DNA of 64,000 bases from Tubiluchus corallicola (taxonomy: Eukaryota > Animalia > Priapulida). The position numbers and the translations under genes were made by a program. Positions 39,546 through 51,200 of the stretch are shown here, one piece after another; positions within the stretch are counted from its first letter, which is position 1; each line of letters starts with the position of its first letter. Location: positions 248,001 through 312,000 of the forward strand of contig JAQGDQ010000059.1 of assembly GCA_030141605.1 (NCBI GenBank), in the 5' to 3' direction. Below the pieces are notes generated by a model. The model worked only from the letters and a program-made list of their open reading frames with translations, was not told where the DNA came from and did not search any database.

Positions 39546-42500
39546 AACAAAGAAGCGGGACAGACAGCAAAAAATAGAGCAAGAAACAAATAGCAAAGGG
39601 GAGAAAGATAGGAGTAAGGAAAGCAAAAAACCAAAAGGAGAGAAAGAAATAAAAGAAATACACAGTTAGAAGAAAAGGAAAACAACTAGAATCAGGAAAT
39701 AAGAAAGTTAGTAAAGGCTGAACGAACGGGAGGGGGGAGTTGAAGCAGTTTTCGCGTGTACTAAAGTGATTGCAATATTTGTTATTGAATACGCACAGCA
39801 ATGTCAAGCGGCTAAGTGATATAAAAATAAATGACATTATTTCATGCAGGTTTTTAATGCCACTAATCGCTGGCTTCATTACTTGTACACGCGTTATTAC
39901 TACATCAGTAGCAGGTGGCACATTAAGCTATACATGATGTTATCCCTAGTGGTTAGTATGACAGCTACACCGTCAGTGGTCAATAAAATATAACTAGCAA
40001 TTACTATTCACTACTAACTGTAATAAATCCCAGGAGATGTTGTTCCTCTCTAACCATCAATACTAGATTGAACTAGAGGATCCATAACCGGACTCCTGTA
40101 AGCTAGTAAAAGAACCCCTGTCGTACAATTTTTGAACATGTATGTCTAATTTGGCAATATTATCTGCTATTTATCAAATTCAACATTATTCTATCAAAAC
40201 GATATTAGCAAGCGTGTGATTAATCATGCGTGAAGTCCGATGGACTTCCGATGGACAGCTACTTGAAAGAATCAGAAGTTAATTACAATGTCTTCTGCGA
40301 GCTATTCGCATCAGAAACACTCTTGAGCGAGTAATGAAAAAGCAGAGAGGCAAACGTATTTGGAAAAGAGCAGTAACAGTAGCATCATCGTTGAATGGCG
40401 AATTGGCTGATTGGAATTTAGAATTCCAAAAAATTTGTCTGCAATTCGTGAAACGGCTTACCACAATCAAGAAACTGGAAATGATACAATAATAAAAAAG
40501 CCAAAATTACACCTAAAGTCAGAACCACAGTCACATCGACAACGCTACTGCTAATAATAAAAATAAAACAACTAGTACTATGAACTTAGTACTCTATAAT
40601 GAATGGCTGTATTGATCTTTGCGTTAATGATTACAGCTCAGTTTATCACATTTTAAACGTGCAACTGGCAGTGTTTTTGTGCTGACATTTAGAATATACT
40701 TGCATTGAAAAATCGTTTAGAATACGTAAGAAAAGTCCTGCAATAGCACATGTTCGTAGAAGTAAAAAAACACCTAAACAAAACTAAATTATAGTTATCG
40801 CCAGTGCCAAATGTAATTGTTACCCAAAAAACGGTAATAAACATAATTGGGCCTATAATAACAGTCTAAGCCAGAGATTATTCACAACGGAAATCTACGA
40901 CGTAAAAAATTGCGAGAGTTAAACAAATTACCCAAAACCACATGATGTCAGCATGATTCTAGATATATCGCGAATATTTGTTTAAACAGGAAGTTTTGCG
41001 ACAATTTTCCCAAACATCCATAATCTTCTTAACACATGATACCTCGCTATTAGATCTAAAATCGGTGACACCTATTTTAGTTTCCTAAGCTGTTCGTGAA
41101 GAGCTAGAGAAAGTTCGTATATCAGATCAGTAGTAGTGTTAGCATCTAAAAACTAATCAGGGCAAAATAGAAAATAAATAAGATTACAAGCAAAAGTTCC
41201 TGATAACTTTATAAGATTTTGGAAAAGTAATATCATTCTTCGGCGAAAATGGAACTCCTCCGTAATAAAATTGTCAATTCAAATTTCTGGTACCACTAGA
41301 ATTTTTTAGAACTAGGTAGTTTCAGGTCTAAGATTAACCATATATAAAAACACAAAAAATAGAAAACAGAAAGCAAAACAATGTCCAATCCCCGTTATTG
41401 TTCCTGAACTAATAAGTCAAAACATCTGGTAGCTGGTGCAGTCGCATACTTCTGAGCCATTTATTGAAGATGATCAGAAAAAGGTGACGACTTCGACCAC
41501 TATCGGACCCCAAAACAAGAAGAAAGAAAACGGAACACGCTAGAAAATCCACTTCGACAACACCTCCTGGGAGAGGGAGGAAGTTAGTTATCAATCCTTT
41601 AACACAATATATGATATTGAACACGTGCTTAGTGCCGATTTCAGTCACAAATCCTAAATACTATTCCACAAAGTAGCTCTAAGTTTAACAAACATGAAAA
41701 GTAATTTTAAAAAGGTATACATGATTTTCAAGTGTGTTAAATTTTGCATTTGAAATTGGGGTACGAAATTTACTTAGCCTAATTAGTTTCCAAAAGCTGC
41801 TAGTTAACTTGAGTTGATTTTGGAAGATCAGATACAAGGTACTCAGAAATGACATTTCAAGTTGGAATCGTTGGACCAATGACACATTTTTATTCGACCA
41901 AATTCTTCTGAGGGACATTTCAAAGAAGCTATGAAGTTTATAAACTTATGCTCTTACACTAAACACAAAAATTCCCAAATAGCAATTCACAATTAATGCA
42001 GTAACAAGTTTCTTATGGACAAAATAAGTGTAAAAAGAAGCCAGATTTATCTAATGCGATAAACTAATAAACATGCATGCATGCACTGTAATTCATATCG
42101 CAACTTCATGTGCAATTAATGAGATATAAGTTGTTATCATACACGTACCATTCACTTCGCGTATGAGCATTATAATAATCTTTATTTATTTAAGGTGGAT
42201 TGCACAAAACATGAACATTTCATGACTGGATTCATTTTGTGCTCCTGGTGCCGCTGTGGTTCTTATGAATAAAAGTGGCAAATGGCTCGCTTAATTCTGT
42301 AAATATTTTATTTGCCTGTTTGTAGTTCAATGCTCAGAAAAATTACTAATTTAAAATAGTATTCAGTTGCAATACTGTAATTTATTTTATACCTCTGTGT
42401 AATTACTGCCCTAATTAGTGTCGGTGAACTAGGCCTTCTCTGTTATAATATCATGAAGTATTAATGGCTATTATCCCGTAGTGGCTCATTATCGTTATCA

Positions 42501-42625
42501 AGGCTAATCTTCCAAGATGAGATCATGAATCATGAATCACTGAACCCACAGAGGTGTTTCAGCCACGTTTGCAGGTAAACTGTCAGAATTAGCAAGGTGA
42601 CTGAAGTAGCCCTGAATGAGTATTG

Positions 42626-42682
42626 AACCCATCCATACACTGACCAACCCCTGTGGCTTAACTTTGATTGTAAAGCACGCGC
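42626..42682 (-). mobile_element. 5S-rRNA-like SINE fragment
   Basis: Reverse complement GCGTGCTTTACAATCAAAGTTAAGCCACAGGGGTTGGTCAGTGTATGGATGGG resembles the 5S internal control region (AAGTTAAGC...GGTTAGTACTTGGATGGG). Confidence 0.55.
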
Positions 42683-43760
42683 GGCTAAATCCACCTCGCC
42701 TTACAGGTCAATTAAATAATTAACGTGGACGAAATCAGGCTAAAACAATACTAAACGGTCAACCAGCCACATAATCGGACAACTATATATCCATCTAATC
42801 TTTACAGCACGATATACCTGGGCTCATTTCTTTGACCAAAAATTATTATGTTTTTTTCATTTTGTGAGCCAATTTTCTGCAACAATTTGAAACTTCAAAC
42901 GCGTTTTCCAAGGCAGTTTTCAAGTTGCGACCAAGAGAATGTAAAACTAAATTGTCTTCTTTTGTGTACCTTTCGAACTCCAGTGAAGGTCACTCCTTTT
43001 TCACATTAATGCAAAGTGAAAGAAGCTCACGTCTTGACAGACAGTTATTATCAGATTTCACTTCATTGCTTGTTAGTAGAAATTACAAAGTTTGGAAGGT
43101 ACAAACAAAATTGAGCAATAATTGGATAAGGACCCCTGTGGGCGAGCATATTACGATTACAGTCAGTTTACTGTTGTTGTAATCAAGTTATGAGTTTTGT
43201 GAGTAATATAATCTAGAAGAGTAAAACTAATATTAATAACAATTAGTAAAAATTCAATTATTAAAGTTTCTTTAATGAAACAAAATGTTATACGATTTCT
43301 CTTAGTTAACATTGCTATAAAACATATAAATAACGCATGTTTTTTATAATACATTTTTGTGCAATAGAGTTTTAACAGAACTATCTGACCTTGGGTGCAC
43401 ATTTAGCTTCATCAAAGCGAATTATCAGGCACTAATAACCGTATATAAGCAGTAGTTCGTCTGATTCTATATTCAATTTTTTTAATTATAATAATCAGCC
43501 CATGTGGTTGCAGGTAATTAGCGCTACAGAAACGTGCACAATGCTATAACAGTGATTTTTGTGGGTAGCCTTTTTTGGTGCTATATAATCCGATTTTTAA
43601 ATAAGTAAATACATGAGCAAGTGAAGGTTTTAAAACTATTTGTCCCATATATTCACTAGTTAGCTTGTATCATCAATAAAAAACCTGGTTGACTTTCATT
43701 AAATGATCTTGTAATTACGGCATAACAATGGTACTGGCAGTAAATGTTTATGCTCTGAAT

Positions 43761-46310
43761 TTAGTAAAGGTCTTCAATCTCTTTAGATTCCTCAACCAGT
43801 CCAAGTTGTATAAGCCATTCCTTTTCCATGCGGAGGTAATTGTCGTATGCTACTTTCATTCGTTGCTCAGTCTCTTGATCAGATATATCAACATCTTTTG
43901 TTGTTTCTGCAGTTCCAACCGCTGGAGCAGCTTCAGCAGCAACAATGGCTTGTTGCTCGCGTTCTTCTAGCTTCTCAGTTCTTGCATACATGCGGCTGAC
44001 TTCTCGCTCCACGTAATTTTGCACAGCTAGTGCTTCCTTTGGTGGTGCTTGTCGCAAACTCCAAGGCAAATCAAAAATATGCAGTGTTCCTATACTATCT
44101 GAAATTGCCAATAACTGTTGAGAGGTAGAAATATGATATGGAGCAATATAGGTCAGTGAAGCAGGAGAGATATTTTGACTTAGGATTGGTTCATGAGTAC
44201 GATCAAGCAAGTCCCAAACTTCAATATTTCCATCGTCTTTAGCTAAGAAGAACACAGCAGGCCTACTTGGAGACCAACAGCCATAAGTAAAGTGGTGGGT
44301 CCTGCTTATTGGATTCAAAATCGGTGTGGTCAGGCCTTCTTTCCATACTGCAAATGACCACGTGCCAACAGTTAACAATAAATTGCGGAAGAAAGGAGAC
44401 CGAACAACAGACAATACAGGACCATTGTGTATAGAAATTACATATGACGGTGCACTACAGGTAATTCGACCAGTTTCAGTGTCAAATGAGGCTTTCCAAT
44501 CTGCATATGCTAGCTGGCCATCTTCCGTGCCAACGAAAAAGCGTGACGTATACATATTATGATCAATTTCAATTGCAGAAGACTTACCAAGTTCCTGATT
44601 ACTAACTGCATGTCCTTTACTAGCTACCTTTTCATGACACTGGTACAATGAAAATTTGGTAGGAGCGAATGCGCCACTTCGGGTACTATCAGTTTTTGGG
44701 ATGTGAAGTCGTAAAAATGGCTTCCACACTAAGTCTAAATGTTGAAATTTCTGGGCATTACTCATTAATCCAACACTACTTGCCAGTTTCTTGTTCTGTC
44801 CAGCTGTTGCTTTAATATCCCAAAACAAGATTGAGTTGTCTGAAGAACAAGAAACTATTTGAACACATTTGTCACCTGTTCCTTTAATAGCACCAGTTTT
44901 TGTTACCTCAATATGCTTTGGTATCCATTCAATTTCTGTCACAGGATTCTTATGTGCATGTTCAATAGAAGAAAGAGCACAGTGTCTGACTTTTGGTGAA
45001 GTGACATTTTTCTCGGGGACGTTTAGTGCCCCTGCTGCAGTTAGTGGATTTTTTTCTGATTTAGCTGGTGTACGCTGTATATGAAGTCGCTCTTGATGTT
45101 CGGTAATATCCCAAAGTATCAACTGTCCATTAATGCATCCACCGACAATAATTGTCGGATCTGTAGGATTAAACCTGAAACATATGATATCATCAGGTGC
45201 TTCCAACATTAGCAGAGGGTGAATTGGATCACTAAAACTCCAAATCATGATTAAACTGGGATTAACAATAAATCGTGCAGGCATACAAACTCTCTCATCA
45301 AATGGTTTTTGGTGACAGCATGAAACAGCCAAAATTCCTCTAATGATCGGATGCCATTCAATGCAACTGATGCTTCTGTCCTTACTGTAATGTAGGTCAG
45401 TGAACGACTGAAACTCTTTCATGTGGCTATCTGCCTTCTTTCCAATTTGCGCATCTCCAGAGCCAAGATTCTTCCAATCATTCATATAAAGGTCCAACAT
45501 CTCATTTTGTTGTAGTGCTAATTCAAACCTTGGTAGAGTATTTTGGACAAATTTACCTAGTTTTTTGTCTTGCAAAATTTCTTTGCTTTCGTCTTCCTCT
45601 AGTTCTTGTGGTGCGTACTGAATCGCAACATTTTGAGGAAAGGGCCACTTAGTTTGACTGCTTGAATCTACTAGCAATGAGACAGCCTGAACATATTTGT
45701 CTAGCTGTTGGGCACGAAGAGTAAAATTTTTGTCTTCGTATGGTAAACAATTTACACAAGACTCTTTTGAATCCTCTGCACTGCGGTCAGAGAAGTGGAC
45801 AGCAGTACCAAATTCTCTGCGCAATCTGCTGAAGCTGTATTTGATTCTTGGGCGAGTGTCAGTCACGCGTTCAGCTTCAATCTCTCTATCACTTCCAAAA
45901 GGTACCCACTCTTTGGGTTCTGGTGGCACATAAGTAAATGCGACCTCTTCTTCCTCTTCCTCTTCCAGTCCTTCTTCTTCTTCTGCTCCTTCTGGTAAGG
46001 GAGGATTCAAAAGCAAACATTTTTTCTCTTCAGTGATGACAAGATAGAAGTTCTGACCAAATTGGAAATCAGCATCATAAACAAGCAAGAGTTCTTTTTC
46101 TGGGTAGTCGATGACAATCTGCTTAACTGGGTGAAAATCTGATATTGCTGCTCTTGCTTTGATGTCATTCAAAATAGCTTCCTTTTGAATAAGTTTATAA
46201 GGCTTATCTGCAGTGATATCTTCATCCATGCGACACTCAAATATTTCCTGTGTTTTACTGGACAAAAATAATGGGAACAATGCAGAGATGTCATCACTGG
46301 GCTCCTCCAT
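43761..46310 (-). CDS. DNAI3: Dynein axonemal intermediate chain 3 / WD repeat protein 63 (IC140 of inner-arm dynein I1/f), 849 aa, uninterrupted ORF
   Basis: N-terminus FPLFLSSKTQEIFECRMDEDIT..KPYKLIQKE...RAAISDFHPVKQIV..YP..ELLLVYD.DF.FG.NFYL matches WDR63 as I recall it; dynein-IC WD40 motifs IEWHP, FNPTDP..IVGGCINGQLILWD, VGTEDG and WSPSRPAVFF. Confidence 0.95.
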   Translation of the reverse strand: MEEPSDDISALFPLFLSSKTQEIFECRMDEDITADKPYKLIQKEAILNDIKARAAISDFHPVKQIVIDYPEKELLLVYDADFQFGQNFYLVITEEKKCLLLNPPLPEGAEEEEGLEEEEEEEVAFTYVPPEPKEWVPFGSDREIEAERVTDTRPRIKYSFSRLRREFGTAVHFSDRSAEDSKESCVNCLPYEDKNFTLRAQQLDKYVQAVSLLVDSSSQTKWPFPQNVAIQYAPQELEEDESKEILQDKKLGKFVQNTLPRFELALQQNEMLDLYMNDWKNLGSGDAQIGKKADSHMKEFQSFTDLHYSKDRSISCIEWHPIIRGILAVSCCHQKPFDERVCMPARFIVNPSLIMIWSFSDPIHPLLMLEAPDDIICFRFNPTDPTIIVGGCINGQLILWDITEHQERLHIQRTPAKSEKNPLTAAGALNVPEKNVTSPKVRHCALSSIEHAHKNPVTEIEWIPKHIEVTKTGAIKGTGDKCVQIVSCSSDNSILFWDIKATAGQNKKLASSVGLMSNAQKFQHLDLVWKPFLRLHIPKTDSTRSGAFAPTKFSLYQCHEKVASKGHAVSNQELGKSSAIEIDHNMYTSRFFVGTEDGQLAYADWKASFDTETGRITCSAPSYVISIHNGPVLSVVRSPFFRNLLLTVGTWSFAVWKEGLTTPILNPISRTHHFTYGCWSPSRPAVFFLAKDDGNIEVWDLLDRTHEPILSQNISPASLTYIAPYHISTSQQLLAISDSIGTLHIFDLPWSLRQAPPKEALAVQNYVEREVSRMYARTEKLEEREQQAIVAAEAAPAVGTAETTKDVDISDQETEQRMKVAYDNYLRMEKEWLIQLGLVEESKEIEDLY

Positions 46311-46326
46311 ACTAAAATAAAATTAC

Positions 46327-46408
46327 TAACAATGAATATGAATGCTAAAGTAGTGTAGTTCTAAGTAACAATGAATATGAATGCCAAACTCGTGTAGTTC
46401 TAAGTAAC
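46327..46408. repeat. 39-bp tandem duplication just upstream of the DNAI3 start
   Basis: taacaatgaatatgaatgctaaagtagtgtagttctaag / taacaatgaatatgaatgccaaactcgtgtagttctaag. Confidence 0.93.
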
Positions 46409-47543
46409 TAATAGAATAATTTAGTAATATAGCAATTTACCTATAAGTACTAAGAAGTAATCCAAATAAGTAAATAAGTGTTTCAGAAGTAGTAATTGTT
46501 AGTAACGGTAGTAGGAAGAAAACGGCATCTGAAATAACACAATATTTTTGAGAAGATCTCAGTCAACAGTAAAAATATTGAAATAGATATTATTAGGAGT
46601 TTCAAACGTCAAATGATCATTTATTCAAACTTCTGCCAGACAACTTGCCCCAGCCATATTATAACAGATTAAAACTTTAAGCATAACTAAAACTGGAGAA
46701 TGTCAAGGTCAATATGATGAAAGTATCATAACAAAGCTGAGGAAGGGTAGGTGAGACAAATTTTAAAGAATAATATACAAGTGGTACTGAGCACATTTAT
46801 ATTCCAAATTTAGTCCAAACGGAACTTTAACATGCTAAAAATAAATTACATTTATTTATATAACTTGCAATTGTACCCTTCAATCACTTTGAGTGCCAGC
46901 TACAGGCTCTCTAGGGTGAACAAATATAGATAATATAAATCCCATTTACGTCCCTCCAAAGACTCATGTAAATATATTAAAAACTCCTCTTTACAAATTA
47001 TAATTCACACAGAACTGAGCAGACAATACAGTTCTGAATTTTTTTTATTGTAAAGTAAAAATGTATACTAGCTTACGGTAATGCACTTGAGATTCAGTGA
47101 CGCCTAATAAATTACAGCATGCATAGACTTTCAGTAGGTACATGATCCATTCTTATCATATAATAATAATGTATGAACAAAAATATGAACAATTTAATGC
47201 ACTTTTACAGGAAATGACAATAAAAAAATTATTATTATATTAAATTTCATTCAATAGTACATACTCTATTTTACTCTATAAAGTCCTAATTAATTGCATT
47301 ATAGCCCCTCTGATTTAGTTCTACCAATTATAGCTCTTTCGAGTCCTAACAGTGCTCGCGACTATAATAATTCTACAAACTAAAAATTACAACATGACAA
47401 ATTAATTGAAAACTGCCTACATGACTTTGGTAATTAGATTCTATATTATCACTTTTAAACTCTATACATCAGTTTCTGCGCTCGAAAACTGAATCGCGGT
47501 TTCTTAGCAAAACTTATAAATCTACGCATAACAAGGCGTAGAC

Positions 47544-47614
47544 GTAAACACTAAATAGCTCAATCACATTTTGGTCACCAAGCAACGATAAACAAACTGC
47601 GCCGCCATCTATTG
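47544..47614 (-). promoter_or_regulatory. Putative ciliary-gene promoter of DNAI3 (RFX X-box plus forkhead motifs)
   Basis: GTCACCAAGCAAC (47574-47586) fits the X-box GTNRCC-N-RGYAAC; GTAAACA at 47544 and TAAACAAA at 47589 are forkhead cores; locally CpG-richer. Confidence 0.55.
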
Positions 47615-48064
47615 CATAACACGAGAAATATTCATTCATGAGAAACTATGGGTAGATCAACATAATTGTATTTTAATGACAAATCGTAACAATTTTAGTG
47701 TACATTTTGTTTTGTTTTTTCAAATTTCGAATCACAACGAGAGACCGGTTACAATTAGAGATACCTCATTTGATCAAACCTAGAGTCGGTTTATCCCTTC
47801 AAGCAAGACAGAAACTCAGAAAGCGGAAAAGCTATCTTTAGTTGACTTTTGTTTGCAAGGCAAGTACAGTCAGCGGAGACGAGTGAATTTCATTTAGTTA
47901 TCGATCACTGATTTCAATGAAAAGGTTTTGTTTGAGTACTTGACATGCTTTTTGTTATCGCTGGTTTACACCAACCATTTTTCCATTTTATGATTGAAAA
48001 AATCATGTAATTTTTCTTGCCCAATCTATTAAGTTTCAGAAAATGAGTTCTTTGAAGTGAACAG

Positions 48065-48204
48065 TGAAAACAATGATGACGATAACAAAGAATTAAGTAT
48101 GAATGATATTCATGATGATGACGATGACGACAGCACAATGACGACGACGACGACGACAATGATGATCAATTGTGATGATGATAATGATGATGATGATGAT
48201 GATG
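48065..48204. repeat. (GAT)n/(GAC)n microsatellite
   Basis: Seen directly. Confidence 0.92.
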
Positions 48205-51200
48205 CTCACGAATCTTCTGCAAGCGACAGCTTGCAGGCTGTAGCTTAGGACGGACTTCGTGAACTGCAAGCGTTCAAGTGTCAAAAGTGTCTAATAGGCC
48301 TAATGAAATACCGACAAGCAAAAAATGCTTGCAAAATACAGAGTTTCATCTTAAAAACGCTACAGAAATTCTAATAATTCATAATCTTATTACACCAAAT
48401 CAGGTTAACATGCGAGTCCCCAATTCCTACAATAGTAATTACCTATTATAAAACTCTCTAGCTACCGTATAGGATAGATTGTTTTTTACCTCATTAAGGA
48501 AAATTAACAACCTACGTTTAACAACGCTAAACATATATACCGTACATAGTTATCAGTACCTTAAATACTAGCTTTCCTAGGCTTTTATTTAGTACCTTCA
48601 AAATCTAAGGTTTTCCAGGTAATACATGGAAAATCACTTTTCTCAGTAAAATCTGTTCACAACTATTGTAATCATATCAACGGCTTCGCTTTTAATTAAT
48701 TTTGTACTTTTTGTTTCAACCTTACAACTTGTTTTAGCCGTCCCTAATTTGTTGTTAACTTTACTAATTAGCAATAAATTACAGCTGGTTAACTCTTCTG
48801 TATTTATGGCTACTGCCTCGTAACCGTGGAAACCGGCTTCTTAATTTCTCCTCTTCCACGTCGTGCTTACTGTTACGCTCAAACAATGAACGGGCAAAAT
48901 GTAATTTTCGCGACCAAATTCACTTAGGGAACTGAGAAGGTTGTGATTGGGAACATTAGTCGGTTAGTAAAAAGCTATGTCTACTGAGTATAATTAAGCC
49001 AAGCCTGTATCATAAGCGAGCATACCACGAATGCAATCCGAATCTAACTCAGCAGGGTTCTCATATATTTGAATTTAAAAGACCCCGAAATATGCACCTG
49101 TAGGCTTTTTAGGACATACAAATTGGAAAAATGTCAATTTTCATCCCAGCCCACCTTACTCAAATATTTCAAGGGAATACTTGTGGGTTTCCAAAGTTTT
49201 CGTGGCATGAGAAGAAAATAGCATTAGTGTTCAAGTAAGACTGGAGAAAAACTTACATAGAAACAACCACACTGATGACATTTAACGTTGCCACAGCATA
49301 AAGAGAGTTACATCACTCGAATACTCCCGCATATTCTTTTAGGATTTCAATCCTCAAAACGTGTATGTATCTTCAATGGTGAACGTTGTTCAAGGTGATT
49401 TTAAAAGACCTTGCAGTGCATTTTGATACATTTTCCTGATTACACGAATTGACATTTTGTAATTGATTAACATGGCTCATGGTTTCTCTTTGTCATTTAA
49501 TCCAGTTTCTGTAACACACAGACAGGTGCTAACAAGCACTCAAAATAATGAATGCTTGCTACGGCTTCATTAGAAAGACCGGCGGTAACAAAAGTAAAAG
49601 AAAACCGTTATTTGGTAAATACAAATAATACTTTGTCACAACACTAACACGTGAATGAATCGTAAATGAATTCCGATTTTTCACTTTTGTTGTTCAACAA
49701 AAAAATTAAATGCGTCACGGTCATGCAAGCGTTACGCCTATACTCATGTGAAACATTAACGACAAAATCCGACAAATAACGACATTTTATAGCAATTTCC
49801 TGTAGCAATTTTTATTAGCAATAGTCGATTTTAGTCAAAATGTGTCAACAAATTATGTCGCCCATAATATAAATACATCTATGCAGATGCAATAGCCAGA
49901 AAAGAGCAAAATAAGTATGCGTTCGACAGTGTATCACACTAATGACAGAAGAACGCCCAGAATTGTTAGTGTTAGAAAGTGACCTGCAAAGTCACGTATC
50001 TAAAAGTAAACAAGTTTTGAGAAAAACGATTTTTTTGTTTTACAACTAAAAACGTTTTTCGATTTGTTTGCAAGTATTTAGGAATACTGACTAGCATGAC
50101 TTATTTTAAGTCTTTTTTGAGAAAAATGTGAGACTCTAATTTAATTCGCGTCACGCAAATGATAAATTTCAGGTTTTGAAAGTTTGAACAAGGTTAAAAG
50201 TTTGAAGAAGTTAAAATAGTCAAGGAGAAGCCAAAATTTGGCATAGCTAATAATTTATGTTAAATTAAAGAAAAACTACAAAATTCAAAATGCGTTTCAA
50301 ATGCCAAACCTTTAAAAACTAACTTGACAAAATCTCCAACTCTTTTGTCAAAAATGTAGTGACGATGATGACATGATGATGATGATTACAATAATGATTA
50401 CAACGATGATAATATTAATAATAGCGTCAGGAGATTTTCTTGCAAAAACAGAATCATACTAATGTGAGTGTATTTTAATACCTACATAAACTGAGCAAAT
50501 GAGACCCGCAGTTAACCAATCAGGTACCATGGCAAAGCCACCTTGTAAAATGGAATCACCAAATGAAGGTAAGCATGTTTGCAGGTCCCTGTCGAGGGCA
50601 GATAATAGGATGTGTAAGTTCTTGTAAAAAAGATACTTGAAACAGTGATGAAGGCGTATTTATTTGCAAATACCTTGCTTTTCAATGTAAAGTCCACCTT
50701 CAGATCTGTATTTTGGTATATGTATTTCTCAATTTGTATTTAAAAGTCATAGATACGCGACTTTGCAGGTCACTCCTAGCATATTTTACTGCCATCACCT
50801 GACGCCCCGAAGAAGATTTAAACTAATACGGAATAATTAATAAGGTTATATAATAAAGTATATGTCTATGTGTAATGTAGGTATATGCCACAATGAGTAA
50901 AAAAAGTGCCTTGCTTCTGCGCATAGACCGATTACCGCAATGTCATGCACCGTTAGTCTAATAAATATTGAATTTCTATACTTTTGCCAAGCTTGCGTGT
51001 ATGTAAATATAAGTTAGTCAGGCAAACAACGCAATTACTTATCTGCGTGGAGCACACGGCGAAAAATTCTTCGGTGCTTCCCGCTGTGAATAATTAACGG
51101 CTTCAAAAAAAGAAAACGAAACAGACACAAGCAAGTTAAGACATGCTATACATGTGTAACCTAATTAGTTTATATCTTTTGCACCTCTGACTGGCAATCG

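Noticed and set aside
40420-40460. U7 snRNA candidate (AATTTGTCT Sm-like site)
   Set aside because: No upstream complementarity to the histone downstream element and no clear 3' hairpin
44326-45998. Plus-strand ORFs inside DNAI3 (also 7574-7759 and 16721-16963 opposite other genes)
   Set aside because: Antisense shadows of real coding sequence
50460-50640. Minus-strand frame ...GGFAMVPDWLTAGLICSVYVGIK resembling an SLC7 transporter segment
   Set aside because: Vague similarity, weak splice sites and no supporting exons
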